Source: Hydrolagus affinis
Taxonomy: Eukaryota
Reading direction: 5' to 3'
NCBI GenBank assembly: GCA_012026655.1
Contig: JAAILG010000791.1
Span: 1 to 64,000, forward strand
DNA length: 64,000 nucleotides
Positions 59,561-64,000 of this stretch are shown piece after piece; the stretch's first letter is position 1; each line of letters opens with the position of its first letter. The translations under genes and the position numbers were made by a program. The notes under the pieces were generated by a model. That model was not told the origin of the DNA, did no database searches, and was given only the letters and a program-made list of their open reading frames with translations.

Positions 59561-62500
59561 AAGTCACGTTATTTTTCTATCAATTCTATCAGGACTGCAT
59601 ATCGTGAACACAAACTTATTTGATGCACATGCCTAATTAAATAATTGTTCAATGGTCAATTTATGTTTTCGAAATGCCAATTGTGGTTTCACTATTGTAC
59701 TGAGCTTTTTATAAAGCAATTTATGTTATGCTGTGAATATATTGGTCACTTTGATACGAGTAGTCGACATTGCTGTGCAATAATCTTTATATTCACATGA
59801 CTAATAAACCCCTGTGATGAATGAAGTAATATATACTGGAACGGGTAACTTAACGAGGCAATGAATGGGTTTTGCTTGCTGAAAAGGCAACTTAGCCTGC
59901 GGGTTTGTAATCTCAAGCGTATGTAAAAGGGTTCTGTAAAGGATATTCTGCACTGTTTTGGATTCATCTTAGATTACTCAGACTTGGGACCAAAAGATTT
60001 GAGAAATCCACTCAGCTACAATCAGCTAAACTGTTTAATACGGTAACTTAGTACTGTAGTTCTTAGTATGCATATTCAGAACATACACGGTAGTGTATAT
60101 TTTTCATTATATCATCTTATGTGGTCAATAAAACAAGTAGAATCTCTTAATAAAGTATCCTCTTTGCGGAGAGGACTTTAGGTTGAATGTCATAAGGAGA
60201 CATATCTGCCAAAACTTGAGAAGATCCACAACAAAAGCATTGTTGATGGGACGATTAAGTTATCTGGCTCATCCATGAGATATGGAGTCGTCGACATCCC
60301 TGTGAGCCAAGTACCAAGTGTGCATTATTGGTGCTTTACCAAATTATGGCAAGCAAATTGATGAAGGAGTAGTTAGGTTGCGATTCTTTCACGTCAAGGG
60401 GGAGCTTTTAAATGGGGACATACTGTTTGAAACTTGGACCCACTTGTATGCAACTGATTCACTCTCTGAAGAAAGCTGGTGGAAACTGACAAAAAGTAGA
60501 CGGAGCAAAGTTGTGTAATATTCAGAGAGATATCCGCTAAAGGTTTCTAATGTTCTGCACAAATACAACATCACGTTGGTGACAGAACCACACACAACAG
60601 CATCAGTGCACACATTATGTCATTGTGGAAGACAATGGTGTCACCGATTCTGGAAATGAACAGTTTAAAATTGTTAAGGCAAATGTTGCACAAAAAGTTG
60701 CACTCCGAATGCCACCAGAAAAAAAAAATCATCCTTTTCTTTATGCAACCAAAACCTGAACCGAGACCCTCTTCGAGAAACAATAGACTCAGATTCTTAG
60801 TTCACTAAAATAAACTGAAAATCCTGATTTCCATTGCTCATTCATAAGCTGCAAAGTACATGATTGTTTGTTTCAAACCAGGTGTTTCTACACCTGATGT
60901 GCAGTACTTGAATTAGCACAGGGATTTGGTTTCTTAGCCACTTCATGTAGTTGCTGACAATGTTTGCGAATTATCGAAAGTAAAAGCTTAATGTGGTGCA
61001 CTGTTCTCAATCTGAGATCATTCAATTTATTTAATTTAACATTACTTTCAAAATGTATTATCTGATCACACTTTTAGTACCGTACAAAACAATTTGTTTC
61101 AGCTGTTGATCTGATTCACCCCAGGGTTTTTTAAATATATGTATTTTTAATCCTCAGACTCCAGAATTCCTTTGCATATACCATTTTAAATGAAAACAGA
61201 CATTGTATAGACTTTGCATTGCATTCCTCAAATACCGATTTACAATAGTATAATAGAAATTGCTAATGTTTTTTGATGTTTTTTGACTGATGTTTATTGA
61301 GGTGAGCATTGGAAATGCCTCCTTGTGTGATGTGGTGGGCACAAAGTTGGTTAAAGTTGCTCCAGTTAGTACATGAAATATATTGACTGTAGATTATAAC
61401 AGATCCAGGTACTAATGCCAGACAGGCTGATTGAACAGCACAAATGTGACTCGATACAGATTCACACAATACCTGGCCTCTGAGGTGAATTTATTTCTAT
61501 CAATATTGAATGCAATGATGCAAATACAATCATTTGTTTCTGTACAAATATCGTGGATTTTTCCCATTTCTTTTAGAGACTGCACAAAAAACTGGTGACA
61601 CCTTGTCAGGGGGTTGGCTGCTATGACAATAAATAGTCTTTAAAGTAAAGGCCACCAATCTTTTACTTTAACAACTGCCTTCTGAGAAATGCAATTAGGA
61701 TTATTTCTTGAAGTGGTCATCCCATTGTCTGAATTGGAATTCAGTAAATCTATGAACGGCATCTCCATGCCTTCACTAAATACAAGTCCTTGTAACATGT
61801 GCCATTTTATCTTGTCCTTAATACATAGCAAATAAAAATTCCTTGAGATTTCACTTCTTCAGTTGTCAAATATAGTGGTGGGGTGGGGGTTTGGAATAAA
61901 GCCCAATGTAACCAAATAACGTAACACATTCCATCACTTCATTATTAACACACAAAATTAATTTGTCCATAAACATCACATATCCAATGATTCATTGTTC
62001 CTCACAGCAGGAATGATGACCCTTTAATGTCCTGTTTACATGGCAGCTGCTAATTCAGTTTTGCACCGATGTTGAGCTGCTTTGAATTGAAACGCACCGT
62101 GTGAACGATGCAAATTTGTTGGTTCCACTGTTGTCGATAAGCACGAATGCCAACCTCCTAATGGTAGTTTTAACTCAACTGTGAAGTAAAATGATGTGTA
62201 GCTGAATGGTGTAAGCAGTCTGCAAATCCCCTCTGGTTTTTATGCTCCATTGTATGCATTGGACTGTAATTCTCTACTGTCTGGTACATGTACTGCTTTA
62301 GGGAGAAGATGTCATGTAAATGCTGAGGGAGATAAAATTCACTTCCGATCAATAGATCTGAACTGACAGCATCAAGTATTCTCAGGTCAATTACAGAATT
62401 GGTTATATCTTGTTTATACTAATATCCTATGTATAGTGCAAGATGTAGCCAAATTATACTTTCATTGAAAGTCAGCAGTCAAAAAACAGTCTTGGAAGTT

Positions 62501-64000
62501 AAAAAAAAAGGAGAGCAAAAAGGAAGATTTTTTAATTCACCTTTTCACCAATATAAATTCTAGGTTAACGTATTCAATTCTTCCTTTCTGCTCTGTTATA
62601 TTTAAGCACTTCGAAACATTTCTTCCTCATGTAAAACAGAATATATGCGCAAATTGTGATTGGAGATGATAAAAACAAGTCATTGGCAGCCAAAAAAAAA
62701 GGATTGTCAGAAGGGGAAAATCAAACAAAACATCCTAGATCTCTCAGCCTTGCAAGCCAAAGTCCCAGTATGGGTAGGGTAGTCAAAGCTGGACAAGCAA
62801 TGAGTTGCTCGTCAGCGTTTAGCGTTTTAATAGGATAAACTTCAGCAGTGCCACAATGCACACTTAGCAAGCCTTGGCTGGTGCCAACCAGTCAGTTAAG
62901 TAGGGTGTAGCCTTTTGGGGGAAGAGACATATACTTGATAACAGGTGAAGGAAACCATATATATGTGGAACTCTCAGTGGTTTAAAACTCGTAAGTATAG
63001 GTAAATGAGATGGATAAGTTTGGGTCTATGCGTGCATCAAGACATCCAGCAGACAATTTTTTAAACCTAGATATATATATTTAAAATAAACTGTTTTACA
63101 AAACATTGTGGTTAAATCTTTTTCAAATCATCTTCAATTCAGCGGTACAAATCGATTAAGCATATATGCCTTGTAAGCAGCGAGAACAAAAGTTGGTAGA
63201 CCCCCCCAAATTCAAAGGAAACTAATTCAAGTTACATTTTCTATTCATAATGCCATCGGAATGGATCTAATGTGATCTGATCAGGAGGTATTTCTACACG
63301 AAGTAACTACTCCCATCAATTCCTACTAACCAGCAATTCTAAAAACAGCAACAAAGAGAAATTGACAAGATACCAAATACCTTCCTTTGGAAGCACCGAG
63401 CAGCTCAGTACAATGTAATTCCCCGTTTAGGCACAAAATGTGCATATTCATGTCTTTTGAATGCAAAAATATAAGAAATGATCACAAGAAAGTTTATGTG
63501 TGATTTCGCTTTCATATCAAAACTCAGAACCAGAGTTAGATTTCAATGGAACAGGAATGTCAAGATAATCGCATTAAAATGTGAGCAAGTTACAATACCA
63601 TGGCTGGGTCACAAGTTGAGTGTACAGGTTGATGACTGCTTAACCTGGGGTGGTTTTCCTCGTTTTTTTTCGGTAAATCCAGTTATTCAGCCAGGAGTAG
63701 AGAACAGGGTGTGACTGATCAAGTGGTTGGCTGATTTATCATCCTCAACACCTGCTTCTCATCAACTCAAGAGAATTGCACTGATGGCAGGGGTGGGGCA
63801 GTTGTGATATCTTCCAGCTGGGTTTGAAAAGGTGGAAATAACATCCACGGTGAATGGGGTGATGTGATGACTCATTTTTCTTTGCAGTGGGAGATTTCTG
63901 GGGTCTAGGGCTAACATGGTTAACGATTTTTGTGGTTACAAATCCATATCCCTCAATTATCTCTATAAATCTGGAGACACACGAAACAAGAAGAATTTTG

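Larger units (their letters stand above)
58923..60113 (+). repeat. ~88-bp dispersed direct repeat (58923-59010 and 60026-60113)
   Basis: Shared core ttagtatgcatattcagaacatacacgg(c/t)agtgtatatttttcattatatc. Confidence 0.9.

Overview
This is non-coding, AT-rich, repeat-dense vertebrate DNA. The repeat complement (Deu-domain SINEs with L2-type tails, shark-type Penelope elements, CR1, L2) suggests a cartilaginous fish, possibly a chimaera; that assignment is inference. I cannot identify any intact protein-coding gene, and nearly all ORF-track entries are chance or TE-derived. The window reads as a large intron or gene desert. It holds about 20 copies or fragments of a young ~300-bp tRNA-headed SINE, several older ~400-450-bp DeuSINEs, fragments of L2, CR1, L1 and Penelope, two TA-flanked Tigger/pogo elements with both TIRs (one nested in a SINE), a Harbinger transposase fossil, and two 100-N gaps. 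Between the repeats are TE-free, motif-rich blocks that look like conserved non-coding enhancers, plus a few candidate exons on both strands. The most interesting item is a 99-bp Penelope-derived insertion (38591-38689) with a clean 12-bp target-site duplication. It begins exactly at an intact minimal hammerhead-ribozyme core, so the 5' strand of stem I would have to come from the host target site. A perfect 22-bp hairpin (1952-1998) and a ~22-bp imperfect hairpin (29918-29967) also stand out. All family assignments were made by eye from remembered motifs; no searches were run.
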